A stretch of DNA of 64,000 bases from Spirochaetota bacterium. GTDB lineage: Bacteria; Spirochaetota; UBA12135; COTS27; CBDBHE01. Positions 9,834-20,165 of the stretch are shown here, piece by piece. Below the pieces are notes generated by a model. The model searched no databases, had not been told where the DNA came from, and saw nothing but the letters and a program-made list of their open reading frames with translations. The stretch is taken from contig CBDBHE010000007.1 in the NCBI GenBank assembly GCA_965205605.1, positions 96,001-160,000 of the forward strand. The letters are read 5' to 3'. Position 1 is the stretch's first letter, and every line of letters begins with the position of its first letter. A program made the position numbers and the translations under genes.

Positions 9834-12386
9834 ATGAATTTTAATCGTAGAAATTTTTTAAAAACAACTACTATCAGTAGTGGTCTTTTATTATTACCAT
9901 TTAGTTTAGAAAAAAAATTATGGGGACTGGAGTCTTCGGGGTCTTTACTTAAAGACAAACAAGCCTTTTTGGATAAGTTAAGACTTGGGTTTTCAAAAAC
10001 TGGCTATCGAAAAAATACTGATGAAGGATTGGAAGTGAAGGCTCTTGTAAAGGAAGGCCTTAAATCTCTTAATAAAAAAATCAGCGAACAGGGGACATTA
10101 ATAGAAAAACCAATCAATTTAAAAAACATCCCAACGTATTGTAGGTATGCTTGGGCCCTTGCTATATTATCAAAAGGAAAAAATGAGAGTGATGGAGAGA
10201 TTTATGGGGTAATAAAGAAAAAGATGTATCGTATGGCTATAATCATTCATAGGGTAGAAGTAACAAAGCCCAATAGTTATAAACGTTTTCATTTTTCGTG
10301 TTTTGCCATACCGAATACTTTTGTTAATGTGTATTTTTATAATTTTAAAGATATGGTTGGAGTAGAGAAAGGGACCATAAAAGACCCCTTAATCGTAAAA
10401 GGACACGACGTAATTGTCGAACTAGCAAAGCAGGCTTGGACACAACCGTATAGGAATGATGAAACTGATAAAAATCCATTCCAAATTGCTCGTTTTAAAG
10501 GGCATGTTTGGTGGGTAACGGCTAATGCTATCACTTATAGGCCTGTCTATCCAGTTGCAGTTGCTTTAAATTCTATTGTTGGTATTGATGTATTGGTGGA
10601 GGTCTGTAATAGAGCCATTGATTTTCTTTACCCAGGAAACAAAAAAGACCCATTTTGGGAGGAAGGGTTTACCTCTGATGGTCTTGGATGGGGACATGGC
10701 ACTCAAAATTATACATTTGGTTACCCTGCACAAGGGGTTCAGGCACTACTTGACATGAAAAAAAATTTCCTCAATTCACCTTGGGATAAAGGAAGTCGTG
10801 AACAAACTAGAACTAATGTGAAAATATTTTACGTACTCAAAGCTTTTGTACGTGGATCTCAGTGGATGAGGTACAAGGGTTTCATACACCCAGTAACAGG
10901 ACGTAATTGTAAACAATATGTTGAGCCAAAAGCTAGAGATGCTTCTAAAAGTAAATTTGTTGGTATACTTAAAAATATATTAAATCATTTTGTAGATTAT
11001 CTCCCTTCGGTTATTAAAGATAAACAAAAATTTGGAGTGTATGAAAAAGAAATATTAGATTTAAAAAAAGAAATGAAAAGTAAAACAGGTGTTTTTATGG
11101 ATGATTATAAAGGTGTTTATACAGGAACAAAATATTTTTGGTGCAATGACCTGATGATTCGTAAAAGTAGAAATTTTTACTGTACCATTAATATGGCTTC
11201 ATCAAGAGTGAGTGGTATTGAGTTTGGGTCTGATGATAAAAATCAAAATGATATGTATCATTATCATTCTGCAGCTGGTTCGACTTTTTTTTCTAAGGAA
11301 GGTTATGAAGCCTGCCATGCTCTTGGGGGCCATAATCTTACTGCTTTACCAGGGGTGACGGCTAAACGTGGGGAAAATAGTGACATTTTTAGTATCACTA
11401 CTTGGAAGGGTTTTAATAGTTTCCACAACTTTTGTGGTGGCACAGGGTTACGTGGGCGTAATGCATGTTGTGGTTTTATCCAAGAGTTTAATACAAGGAA
11501 TGAAAAAATTAAAAGCCTACCTAAGGTTGTAATGGGGGTGTATGTGAAGAAAGGTTATTTTATTTTTGATGACATGATGCTTGCTTTAGGGACTGGCATT
11601 AAATTAACCTCATCTGGATCTAACAAATTCCCGATATGCACAACGGTCGAAACTGCTTATTTTGAAAACCCAATAACCGTTACAGAAAATGGGAAATCAA
11701 AAACTTACGATACAACAAAAAAAAATAACGTTAATTTTGTTTTAAAGAAAAGTAAAACAGATGCCCTCAATTGGATCGAGCAAGAAAATAAATTTGCGTA
11801 TGCTCCCCTCAGTAAACATAACAAGAGTGCTGTAGAGGTGGAAATTGGTGATCGAAAAACGATTTGGAACAGACAAAGTTATCCAAATCAGAAGAAAAAA
11901 AACTTACCTAAAAATATGAACGTTCTTGATATTCGTATTAATCACGGCAAGAGCCCATTTAAGGGCGGATATGCGTATTTAGTCTATATGGGTGATAAAA
12001 AAGCTTCTCAGTCATTTAAAACATCCCCTATACAAGTCATTTCTAATAGCAGTAAAGTACAAGCGGCTTTGTATTCTAATGGAAAAAATAGTCAAGTGGT
12101 ACAGGCTGTTTTTTATAAAAGTTCTACTTTAGAAATCACAAAAGATTTTAAAATAAAAGCTACTATGCCATGTATTTTTACGTTTGAAGAGGAAAATGGT
12201 AGTGTGAAAGTGACTTTGTGTGATCCCCTATTCGATGTTTCTTTAAAGTCTATAAAAATTTCAATAACAAAGCCAATTGAAGGCAAAGCGGTTAAGAAGA
12301 AAAAAAAATGGTATGAAATCAACCTAAAGAGTGCTAGAAAGCCTTATGTAGGTCGACCAGTGAGTGCAAATTTCAAATTAGTTTAG
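9834..12386 (+). CDS. Tat-exported polysaccharide lyase family 8-like protein
   Basis: NRRNFLK twin-arginine signal; WGHGTQNYTFGY (His/Tyr spaced by 9), TGR, LPGVT, KKGYFIFDD, NHG and YAY PL8 motifs. Confidence 0.8.
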   Translation: MNFNRRNFLKTTTISSGLLLLPFSLEKKLWGLESSGSLLKDKQAFLDKLRLGFSKTGYRKNTDEGLEVKALVKEGLKSLNKKISEQGTLIEKPINLKNIPTYCRYAWALAILSKGKNESDGEIYGVIKKKMYRMAIIIHRVEVTKPNSYKRFHFSCFAIPNTFVNVYFYNFKDMVGVEKGTIKDPLIVKGHDVIVELAKQAWTQPYRNDETDKNPFQIARFKGHVWWVTANAITYRPVYPVAVALNSIVGIDVLVEVCNRAIDFLYPGNKKDPFWEEGFTSDGLGWGHGTQNYTFGYPAQGVQALLDMKKNFLNSPWDKGSREQTRTNVKIFYVLKAFVRGSQWMRYKGFIHPVTGRNCKQYVEPKARDASKSKFVGILKNILNHFVDYLPSVIKDKQKFGVYEKEILDLKKEMKSKTGVFMDDYKGVYTGTKYFWCNDLMIRKSRNFYCTINMASSRVSGIEFGSDDKNQNDMYHYHSAAGSTFFSKEGYEACHALGGHNLTALPGVTAKRGENSDIFSITTWKGFNSFHNFCGGTGLRGRNACCGFIQEFNTRNEKIKSLPKVVMGVYVKKGYFIFDDMMLALGTGIKLTSSGSNKFPICTTVETAYFENPITVTENGKSKTYDTTKKNNVNFVLKKSKTDALNWIEQENKFAYAPLSKHNKSAVEVEIGDRKTIWNRQSYPNQKKKNLPKNMNVLDIRINHGKSPFKGGYAYLVYMGDKKASQSFKTSPIQVISNSSKVQAALYSNGKNSQVVQAVFYKSSTLEITKDFKIKATMPCIFTFEEENGSVKVTLCDPLFDVSLKSIKISITKPIEGKAVKKKKKWYEINLKSARKPYVGRPVSANFKLV

Positions 12387-12820
12387 AAAAAGAAAAAGAA
12401 GAACGTTTCCTGGTGGTTTTTTTCTATTGTTGATGAAGGACTTGCTAAAAGTATAATTTAGAAAATCCTAACTAGACTATATAGACACTTATCATAGACA
12501 CTTAATTTGTCAGAGGAAACTTGTTTTTTTTTGACATCTACCAAATTATTTGGAGTTTCTAATGTTTAACAGAAACTTCCCGAGGAAATCATACGAAAAT
12601 AAATATATTAGTATCCAGAAGAGCTTGTAAAAAAAGGGAAGGTCGTTGTTTATGATGAGGATGATATTGTTTTTCTAAAAGATGGCAATCAGAAAATAAA
12701 AAATATTGTGATTTCACAAAAAGAAAATTTGAATATTTTATAGCAAGAACATTTTTATAAAATTAGATGGATTTGGTTTCAATTTATTTTTATTGGTGTA
12801 AATTTGTAGGTTGCTATACA

Positions 12821-14116
12821 TTAAGAACGAACATGCCCTTCTCCATACACTTTGTACTTAAATGTTGTTAAATCACGTACCCCCATGGGGCCTCTTGCAT
12901 GTAACTTTCCTGTTGAAATCCCTACCTCAGCTCCAAGACCAAAACAACCCCCATCTGAAAAACGAGTTGACGCATTCACTAAAACACAAGCCGAATCCAC
13001 TTCTTCTAAAAAACGTTTTTGATTTTCATAACTCTCAGTAACAATCCCATCGGTATGATGAGAAGAATAAGTATTAATCCACTTTATCGCTTCATCAGTG
13101 TCACTGATTATTTTAACAGAAAGCTTCATAGCTAAAAATTCTGTTTGAAAATCTTCTAACGTCGCTTTTTTAATCTCTTTAAAAAAAGAAGCACTTTCCT
13201 CGTCTCCTAAAATCTCAACCCCACTATCAAGCAAAGCTCGTAGTAAAGACTGTGTTGCTGGGTATTTTTTATGAATTAAAAGTGTTTCGACTGCATTACA
13301 CACTCCAGGTCGCTGAGTTTTAGCGTTGATCACAATTGATTTAGCCATGCTTTCTTTTGCATTTGCATCAATAAACAAATGACACAGTCCACTATCATGT
13401 TTAATAACCGGTATAGAGGTATGATCTAAAACATAATCAATCAACCCTTTACCACCTCTAGGAATGACCAAGTCAATCAAGTCTTTTTCCATAAGCAGTC
13501 CTCGCATCTTAGTCCTATCAATATCATCAATAAGCTGCATCCCATTTAAAGAAATGTTTGCTTTCTCAAAACTTTTCAAAATCAAATCTGAAAAAACTCT
13601 ATTGGTAAAAGAGGCTTCCCTCCCTCCCCTTAAAATACAAGCATTCCCACTCTTTAAACAAAGAGAAGCAATATCAATGACCACATTAGGTCTTGATTCA
13701 AAAATAACAAATAACACTCCAATTGATACCCTCTGTTGATAAACCGTCAGTCCATTGGGCAGTTTTTTAGAATACACAATTTCTCCTACTGGATCCTCAA
13801 GCTGTTCAATTGATTTAACCGCTTGGCTTAACAATTTAAGGCGATCTGAGTTTAACGTTAAGCGATCCACTAAAGACGCTTTTAAATTAGTTTCTTTTGC
13901 CTTCTCAAGATCTTTTTTGTTTTCATTTAAAATAAAAGTCTTCTCTTTAAGCAATAATTCACTCAAAAAAGATAAAGCAAGATTTTTAGTTTCTGTTTTA
14001 AGAAGACTTAAACTATAAGCTGCTCTCTTAGCCTTAAAAGCGATTTGCTTAAAATCTAAATTAGAATGATTTTCTTGCAAAAAAAAATCAACCCCACTTT
14101 TCAATATCTTGTTCAA
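12821..14116 (-). CDS. proA: Gamma-glutamyl phosphate reductase (true start may be TTG at 14080)
   Basis: FESRPNV, PRGGKGLI, CNAVETLL, NASTRF and KLHARGPMG motifs. Confidence 0.96.
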   Translation of the reverse strand: MNKILKSGVDFFLQENHSNLDFKQIAFKAKRAAYSLSLLKTETKNLALSFLSELLLKEKTFILNENKKDLEKAKETNLKASLVDRLTLNSDRLKLLSQAVKSIEQLEDPVGEIVYSKKLPNGLTVYQQRVSIGVLFVIFESRPNVVIDIASLCLKSGNACILRGGREASFTNRVFSDLILKSFEKANISLNGMQLIDDIDRTKMRGLLMEKDLIDLVIPRGGKGLIDYVLDHTSIPVIKHDSGLCHLFIDANAKESMAKSIVINAKTQRPGVCNAVETLLIHKKYPATQSLLRALLDSGVEILGDEESASFFKEIKKATLEDFQTEFLAMKLSVKIISDTDEAIKWINTYSSHHTDGIVTESYENQKRFLEEVDSACVLVNASTRFSDGGCFGLGAEVGISTGKLHARGPMGVRDLTTFKYKVYGEGHVRS

Positions 14117-15089
14117 TATGAGTTATGATTTTATGATCAATGGCTTTCATACAATTTTCCAAAGCACTAAAAACTGCCTTAGCTCCACTGCTACCATGTC
14201 CAATATAAATAGGTTTTTTAACCCCTATCAAATTAGCTCCTCCAAAAGATTCTGCATCAGTATTCTTTTTGATACTTTTAAAAACTTCTTTTAAAAGGTA
14301 CCCTCCTAATTTATACTTAAAACTCGTATAAACTTCCTTTCGGATTGTAGATGTTATCGCTTTAACACCGGTTTCTAAAGACTTAAGCAGTATATTACCA
14401 ACAAATCCATCCGCCACAATCACATCGACTTTATTAGTCAAACAATGAGCTGGTTCAATATTTCCTATAAAATCATAAGGAAGCTTTTCAAGCATTTTAT
14501 AAACTTTAAAAGTTAATTCATTACCTTTGGTGGATTCTTCTCCAACGCTTAAAAGACCTATTTTAGGAGAAACATTTCCCAAAATATACTTCACATAGTT
14601 ATAGCCCATCACCGCAAATTGTTTTAAATACCTAGGGTGACAATCCACATTAGCCCCCGCATCTAATAAGTAAGAAAATGACCCATCTTTTCTCGGTAAA
14701 GGAGACATGATAGCAGGTCGCTTGACTCCATCAATGCGACCCACAATCAAAAGAGCTGCTGCTAAAGTGGCTCCTGTATTTCCAGGAGAAAAAAAACTAT
14801 CATAAAGACCATTTTTAAGCCCACGACAACCAACCATAACAGAGGCATTTTTTTTAGCCCGACACGCTTTGGAAGGATGCTCATCCATTGAAATGACTTC
14901 TTCAGCATGAATTAAGGTAATACGATTTTTATCATAAGAAAATGTTTCTAAATTTTCTTTAATAACAAACCGATCTCCAACCAAAAAAGTATGAAGATTT
15001 TTATATTGTTTACAAGCACTCAAGCACCCTTTGATAAGCTCATAAGGGGGCATATCGCCACTCATGACATCCACACCAATTTTTAACAT
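14088..15089 (-). CDS. plsX: Phosphate acyltransferase PlsX
   Basis: VDVMSGD, GNTGA, RPAI, LDAGAN, DGFVGN and HGSS motifs. Confidence 0.95.
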   Translation of the reverse strand: MLKIGVDVMSGDMPPYELIKGCLSACKQYKNLHTFLVGDRFVIKENLETFSYDKNRITLIHAEEVISMDEHPSKACRAKKNASVMVGCRGLKNGLYDSFFSPGNTGATLAAALLIVGRIDGVKRPAIMSPLPRKDGSFSYLLDAGANVDCHPRYLKQFAVMGYNYVKYILGNVSPKIGLLSVGEESTKGNELTFKVYKMLEKLPYDFIGNIEPAHCLTNKVDVIVADGFVGNILLKSLETGVKAITSTIRKEVYTSFKYKLGGYLLKEVFKSIKKNTDAESFGGANLIGVKKPIYIGHGSSGAKAVFSALENCMKAIDHKIITHIEQDIEKWG

Positions 15090-15113
15090 TTTTAAAAAGT
15101 TAAAAAAAACAAT

Positions 15114-15293
15114 CTAATCTTTTTTAATGATTGTTTTGCCCTTATACATACCACAATGATGACAAACATGATGAGGCTTCCTTTTTTGACCACACTCAGA
15201 ACAAAGGGATAAGGTATCAAAGCTCCTCTTATCGTTAGCCCGTCTTCTCATCATTGTTTTTGATTTTGACTTTCGAAATTTTTGTACTGCCAT
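15114..15293 (-). CDS. rpmF: 50S ribosomal protein L32
   Basis: Hand-translated 59 aa: MAVQKFRKSKSKTMMRR...CSECG...PHHVCHHCGMYKG; directly upstream of plsX. Confidence 0.95.
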   Translation of the reverse strand: MAVQKFRKSKSKTMMRRRANDKRSFDTLSLCSECGQKRKPHHVCHHCGMYKGKTIIKKD

Positions 15294-15912
15294 TTTATTT
15301 TTATTTTAAAAAAACCTTTTTTGAATTCAAATCAAATAATTTGTTTATTTTAAAAAATTATTAAAAATCATAGCATTATTTTTTTAATACTTCAAATTAA
15401 AAAACAAGCAACCTATAGTTATCATTTTTAACTTTATTTTTATTCCCTTATTTAAAGGGACCCCTTCAAAAAATTTTATAGGAAAAGATCCCAATATAAG
15501 GTGTTTTTTAAAAGACAATATGATTTTTAGAAATGTCTCTTTTAAACCAAATACACAGATCACCTTGTTCTTTTAAAATGTAATTGAAAAAAAGGTATCA
15601 AAAATACCTTATGGGAAAGGGTAACAATCCAGTTTTAATTGATTCTCAAACAACTACCTTTGGTTTAATGATTTTTTTTTCCATTAAAAAAGGTGACCGG
15701 AAGCTCATTTTTTGCACTGATTTAGGGGCATGGGGTTTCAAAAAACTTGAAAACATAAAGACACAAAAAAAATATAAACTCATAAACAATTTCTCTCTTT
15801 TACAACTCTTTGGCTTGAAAGAAGATCTAGATTGAATAAAAATTCTAAAGAAACTATAAAAGCTCGTTGAGATTTTTAAAGAATAATGCTAAAATAGCCA
15901 AAGGAATTAAAA

Positions 15913-16233
15913 ATGATTGGTATTATTGAAATTAAAGGCAAGCAATATTTTTTTGATAAAGAAAAAGCAACTCTTAAAGTAGACCGTCTTGATTTAAAAG
16001 AAAAATCTATTTACAAAGACATCAAAGTACTTTATTTTAAAGATAAAAATGGTAATGTACATATCGGCCAACCTTATGTAAAAAATGCTTTTGTTAAAGC
16101 AACTATTGAAAAAGAAATTAAAGCTGAAAAAATCCTTGTGAGACGATACAAGCCTAAAAGTGGTTATCAAAAATCAAGAGGACATCGACAAAAATTAACT
16201 TCTCTTAAAATTGAAGAAATTTCTATTTCCTAA
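15913..16233 (+). CDS. rplU: 50S ribosomal protein L21
   Basis: IKGKQY, IGQPYV and GHRQ motifs. Confidence 0.95.
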   Translation: MIGIIEIKGKQYFFDKEKATLKVDRLDLKEKSIYKDIKVLYFKDKNGNVHIGQPYVKNAFVKATIEKEIKAEKILVRRYKPKSGYQKSRGHRQKLTSLKIEEISIS

Positions 16234-16280
16234 ATTTTTTTTTTACCATTTCAATTAAAAAATTTTCTTTTCTATTAGAA

Positions 16281-16646
16281 TTGAAAACGTTGATTAAAAC
16301 AAAAATTATTTTAAAAAAAGAAACCATCAAACAAATGACAACTACCGGTCACGCTTCTTATCCTTTAATTTTAAGAGGTTTGTTTCCAAAATTAAATTAT
16401 TATCACAACCTTTGTACTGCTTTATCTACTTTAGAATACCATTTTATTTATTCTTTAAAATTAATGACTCAAGTTGCTTTTGATACCAACATCAAAAAAG
16501 GCTTTTTTGATTGCCAAATCAATCAGACTCCTGAAAAAGATTTATCTACTTTAAAAGTGCTTTCTCAATCTTTTTTAATTGGAATTGAAATGGTAAAAAA
16601 AAAACATAAAACCATGTTAGATTATGAAATTAAAAAAGCATCGTAG
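16281..16646 (+). CDS. prp: Ribosomal-processing cysteine protease Prp-like
   Basis: Lies between rplU and rpmA; GHA and LCTALS motifs. Confidence 0.75.
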   Translation: MKTLIKTKIILKKETIKQMTTTGHASYPLILRGLFPKLNYYHNLCTALSTLEYHFIYSLKLMTQVAFDTNIKKGFFDCQINQTPEKDLSTLKVLSQSFLIGIEMVKKKHKTMLDYEIKKAS

Positions 16647-16657
16647 GAGAAAAAATC

Positions 16658-16903
16658 ATGGCAAGTAAAAAAGGAAAAGGATCAACTGCTAACGGTAGAG
16701 ATAGTCAGTCCAAACGTCTTGGAATCAAAAAATACGATGGAGAAGTTATTAAAGCCGGTAATATTATAGTACGCCAAAGAGGGACTCGTTTTTATCCTGG
16801 TGAAAATGTTTCTATAGGGAGAGATCATACTCTTTTTGCTCTTAAACAAGGTCAGGTAAAGTTTTTTTCTAGTAAAAATAAAAAACTCGTTAGTGTTATT
16901 TAA
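16658..16903 (+). CDS. rpmA: 50S ribosomal protein L27
   Basis: [22 protein letters not shown] and RQRGT. Confidence 0.98.
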   Translation: MASKKGKGSTANGRDSQSKRLGIKKYDGEVIKAGNIIVRQRGTRFYPGENVSIGRDHTLFALKQGQVKFFSSKNKKLVSVI

Positions 16904-16906
16904 CTA

Positions 16907-18742
16907 ATGTGTGGCATTTTTGCTTGTATTGGCATTAAAGAAATCCACAAGGTCCTTTTAAACGGATTAAAAAGACTGGAGTATCGAGGGTATGACTCAG
17001 CTGGGATTTCTTTTATTGATAACAATAAAAAACAACTTCGTGTTTATAAAGAGGCTGGGAAAGTCTCAAAACTAGGGGCTAGGATCTCTGAGCTTAATAA
17101 TAAAGAAACACAGGTAGGCATTAGCCATACTCGTTGGGCCACACATGGAAAACCTAATAAAAAAAATGCCCACCCCCATGTAAATAAAAAAAAAACAATT
17201 GCGATTGTTCATAATGGCATCATTGAAAACTACATTGAGCTCAAAGAAGAGCTTCTTAATTTTGGGTATAAAATTATTTCGGAAACTGATTCCGAGTTAC
17301 TCGTTCATTTAATTGACTATTTTTACAAAGGAGATTTAAAAAAAGCTCTTAAAAAAGCTCTTTCAAAAGTAGTCGGTACCTATGGAATCGCTGCTATTTC
17401 AAGAGAAGAACCCAATAAAATTTTTGGAGCCAGAAAAGGTTCTCCTTTAATTGTAGGGGTTAAAAATGGGTCTGCTTTTCTTTCTTCTGACACTGCTTCA
17501 ATTGCCCCTCACACTAAAGAAGTCATTTATTTAGACGACGGAGAAATTATTTCTTTGGAAAAAGAAAGTTATAATATTTCTTCGTTATCCAAAAAATCGA
17601 TCGAAAAGAAAACCACTTATATTGATTTTGATACCACTTCTATTCAAAAAAGAGGGTATGAACATTTTATGTTAAAAGAGATTTTTGAACAAGTAGAATC
17701 AGTTCGAAATACGTTTTTAGGAAGAATCTCTTTAGACAAAGGAACTGTCACTTTAGGGGGACTAAATATGAGTATCACAGAAATTAATAAAATCAAACGA
17801 GTGGTGATTCTTGCTTGTGGGACTTCTTGGCATGCCGCCATGTTAGGCGAATATTTTATTGAAAATTGGGCTAATATTCCTGTAGAAGTTGATTATGCTT
17901 CTGAGTTTACTCACCGAAACTGCATTCTTGAAAAAGACACGTTTGTGATTGTTATTAGTCAATCAGGAGAAACAGCCGACACATTAAGTGCTTTAAGAGA
18001 AGTCAAAAACAGAGGACTTAAAGTTTATGGAATGGTAAATACAGTTGGTTCAAGTATTGCAAGAGAAAGTGATGGAGGCATCTATATTCATGCTGGTCCT
18101 GAAATAGGAGTTGCTTCTACAAAAGCGTTTACATCTCAAGTGGTTGCCTTACTGCTTTTAAGTATTTATTTTGGAAGAGCACGCTTTTTATCCAAATCAA
18201 AGGGTATTGAAATATTAGAAGAAATCAACGACATTCCAAACAAAATAAAAGAAACTCTCCAATTAAAAGACGAAATCAAAAAAGTAAGTGAAAAATATCT
18301 CATCAAAAATCATGCCCTCTACCTTGGAAGAAGCTATAACTTCCCCATCGCTTTAGAAGGTGCTCTAAAATTAAAAGAAATTTCTTATATTCATGCAGAG
18401 GGATACCCTGCCGCTGAAATGAAACACGGTCCTATCGCCTTAATTGATAAAAATATGCCTGTAATTATCATTGCCACTCAAAGTCAACTCTATGACAAAA
18501 CCCTCTCTAACATCCAAGAAATCAAAGCACGGGAAGGTAAAATCATTGCAATTGCCTCTAAAGGGGACTTGAAAATTAAAAATTACTGTGACCACGTACT
18601 TTATGTGCCTCAAACTATGGAAACTCTTTCAACTCTGCTTAATATCATTCCCCTTCAGTTAATCGCTTATTATACCGCTCTTGAAAGAGGGTGCAATGTT
18701 GATCAACCAAGAAATCTTGCTAAATCCGTTACAGTAGAATAA
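16907..18742 (+). CDS. glmS: Glutamine--fructose-6-phosphate transaminase
   Basis: MCGI start, HTRWATHG, C-terminal PRNLAKSVTVE. Confidence 0.99.
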   Translation: MCGIFACIGIKEIHKVLLNGLKRLEYRGYDSAGISFIDNNKKQLRVYKEAGKVSKLGARISELNNKETQVGISHTRWATHGKPNKKNAHPHVNKKKTIAIVHNGIIENYIELKEELLNFGYKIISETDSELLVHLIDYFYKGDLKKALKKALSKVVGTYGIAAISREEPNKIFGARKGSPLIVGVKNGSAFLSSDTASIAPHTKEVIYLDDGEIISLEKESYNISSLSKKSIEKKTTYIDFDTTSIQKRGYEHFMLKEIFEQVESVRNTFLGRISLDKGTVTLGGLNMSITEINKIKRVVILACGTSWHAAMLGEYFIENWANIPVEVDYASEFTHRNCILEKDTFVIVISQSGETADTLSALREVKNRGLKVYGMVNTVGSSIARESDGGIYIHAGPEIGVASTKAFTSQVVALLLLSIYFGRARFLSKSKGIEILEEINDIPNKIKETLQLKDEIKKVSEKYLIKNHALYLGRSYNFPIALEGALKLKEISYIHAEGYPAAEMKHGPIALIDKNMPVIIIATQSQLYDKTLSNIQEIKAREGKIIAIASKGDLKIKNYCDHVLYVPQTMETLSTLLNIIPLQLIAYYTALERGCNVDQPRNLAKSVTVE

Positions 18743-18820
18743 TTTCAACTGTTGAAATAAAATAGCACCAAAGTACTCCCCCAACTACCTCTCTTTCACG
18801 GTTTCCAATACACACAAAAA

Positions 18821-19043
18821 CCATCTTAGGTGATTACGTTCTAACTTATGCTTGATCTCCGCCATAACCATATTTCATGATCATAACCCAAAATATATAT
18901 TTCATTTAGGCCAAGTCCTTACTTTACATTACCTCACAAATCCAAGTATAAACACCACTTAAGATCTTTATTGTCTCTCATAAGAAAGCCTCTTTCAGGC
19001 TTACTAAAATGAAACATTTTAAACTCTCAATCACCTAAGATGG
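18821..19043. mobile_element. MITE-like or internally deleted IS element (223 bp)
   Basis: Perfect 15-bp terminal inverted repeats CCATCTTAGGTGATT (18821-18835) and AATCACCTAAGATGG (19029-19043), flanked by direct repeat CAAAAA on both sides. Confidence 0.7.
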
Positions 19044-19096
19044 CAAAAAAATCTACTGAATGATACATTTTCTTTAAAATTATAGGGGCTTAAAAA

Positions 19097-19636
19097 ATAC
19101 CAGTACCTGATTATCAAACGTTAATGAAACCAATTTTAGAAATCTCTGTGTCAGAGCAGAAATTTTCAGAAGCAGTTGAGGTAATGGGAAACTAGTTTAA
19201 CCTCTCTGAAGATGACCAAAACGAAACAACAAAGCACGATAAAAACCTATGGAGTATTAGGGTTGGTTGGTCAATCACATATTTGCTAAAAGCGGGACTC
19301 GTTGAGCGATCTAGAAGAAATTATTTTAAAATTACAAAGATGGGAAAGGAGGTTTTGAAAAAGGCTCCCGATAAAATAAACTACCAATATTTATCTCAAT
19401 TATCTGAATCTTTTCGAAATTTTATTAAAGGCAAATCAACCAAAAATACTTACCAAGATGACACTACTAAACTTACTACAGTTTCAAACACAACCCCAGG
19501 AGAACACATTGACACTGCATTTATAGAGATTGAAGAGGTTCTCAAGGGTGATCTTTTAGATCGTATCCGTAAAAACTCTCCGAAGTTTTTTGAGGAATTG
19601 GTGGTGGCCTTATTGTCTGCGATGGGATATTTGTAA
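19097..19636 (+). pseudogene. mrr: Mrr type IV restriction endonuclease pseudogene
   Basis: Frame reads (ATA)PVPDYQTLMKPILE...in-frame TAG at 19193-19195...RVGWSITYLLKAGL...SPKFFEELVVALLSAMGY, then stops before the catalytic domain. Confidence 0.85.
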
Positions 19637-19972
19637 AAGTCAAACAACCCTACGAAGTCTGCTGGGGAGATGAAGACTTTTTTCTGGACTAAAGTTATGA
19701 TCTCTAGGATAAATCGTTTTTTGGTGCTTTCTGCTGATTTTAATAGGGATACTGACATCTAAAAGAAAACCAAAAAAAGCTAGCGAAATTTTTTTAATCG
19801 ATGAGAAGTCTATCAAAAACCTAGTAACAAAATTAATTTAATACCCTTAATCTCTAAAAGAGAAAATAAGTTTAAAAAAAAATCATTTGATCGTTAAAAT
19901 CTAACTAAATTTAATTAACAGATGATTCTAAAATTGCATAAAAATAAAAAGAATGTAAAAATTCTACTCTAC

Positions 19973-20045
19973 GCTGGCTTAGCTCAATTGGTAGAGCAGC
20001 TGATTTGTAATCAGCAGGTTGCGGGTTCAACTCCCGTGGCCAGCT
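19973..20045 (+). tRNA. tRNA-Thr (TGT)
   Basis: Cloverleaf; anticodon arm GCTGA-TTTGTAA-TCAGC; GGTTCAA T-loop; CCA not encoded. Confidence 0.96.
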
Positions 20046-20077
20046 AAGTGTTTTTTTTTAAAAAAAAAACACTAGTT

Positions 20078-20105
20078 TAAATTTTTAATAATAAAGTGTC
20101 GATAA
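20078..20105 (+). promoter_or_regulatory. Sigma28-like promoter
   Basis: TAAA-N16-GTCGATAA, 60 bp upstream of ORF 20166. Confidence 0.5.
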
Positions 20106-20165
20106 TTTTATATACTTTACTTTATAATAAAATTTTAAAAAAAAAAAAAATTAGAGACAAAAATA

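Noticed and set aside
15421-15835. 83-aa ORF 15584-15835 or a structured RNA between rpmF and rplU
   Set aside because: No SD, motif or recognisable RNA consensus; may be a decayed gene but cannot be supported
18700-18800. Tn7 element at the glmS attTn7 site
   Set aside because: No tns genes or repeated TnsB sites; the TGT at 18750 is part of a short palindrome (TTTCAACTGTTGAAA) too close to the stop codon
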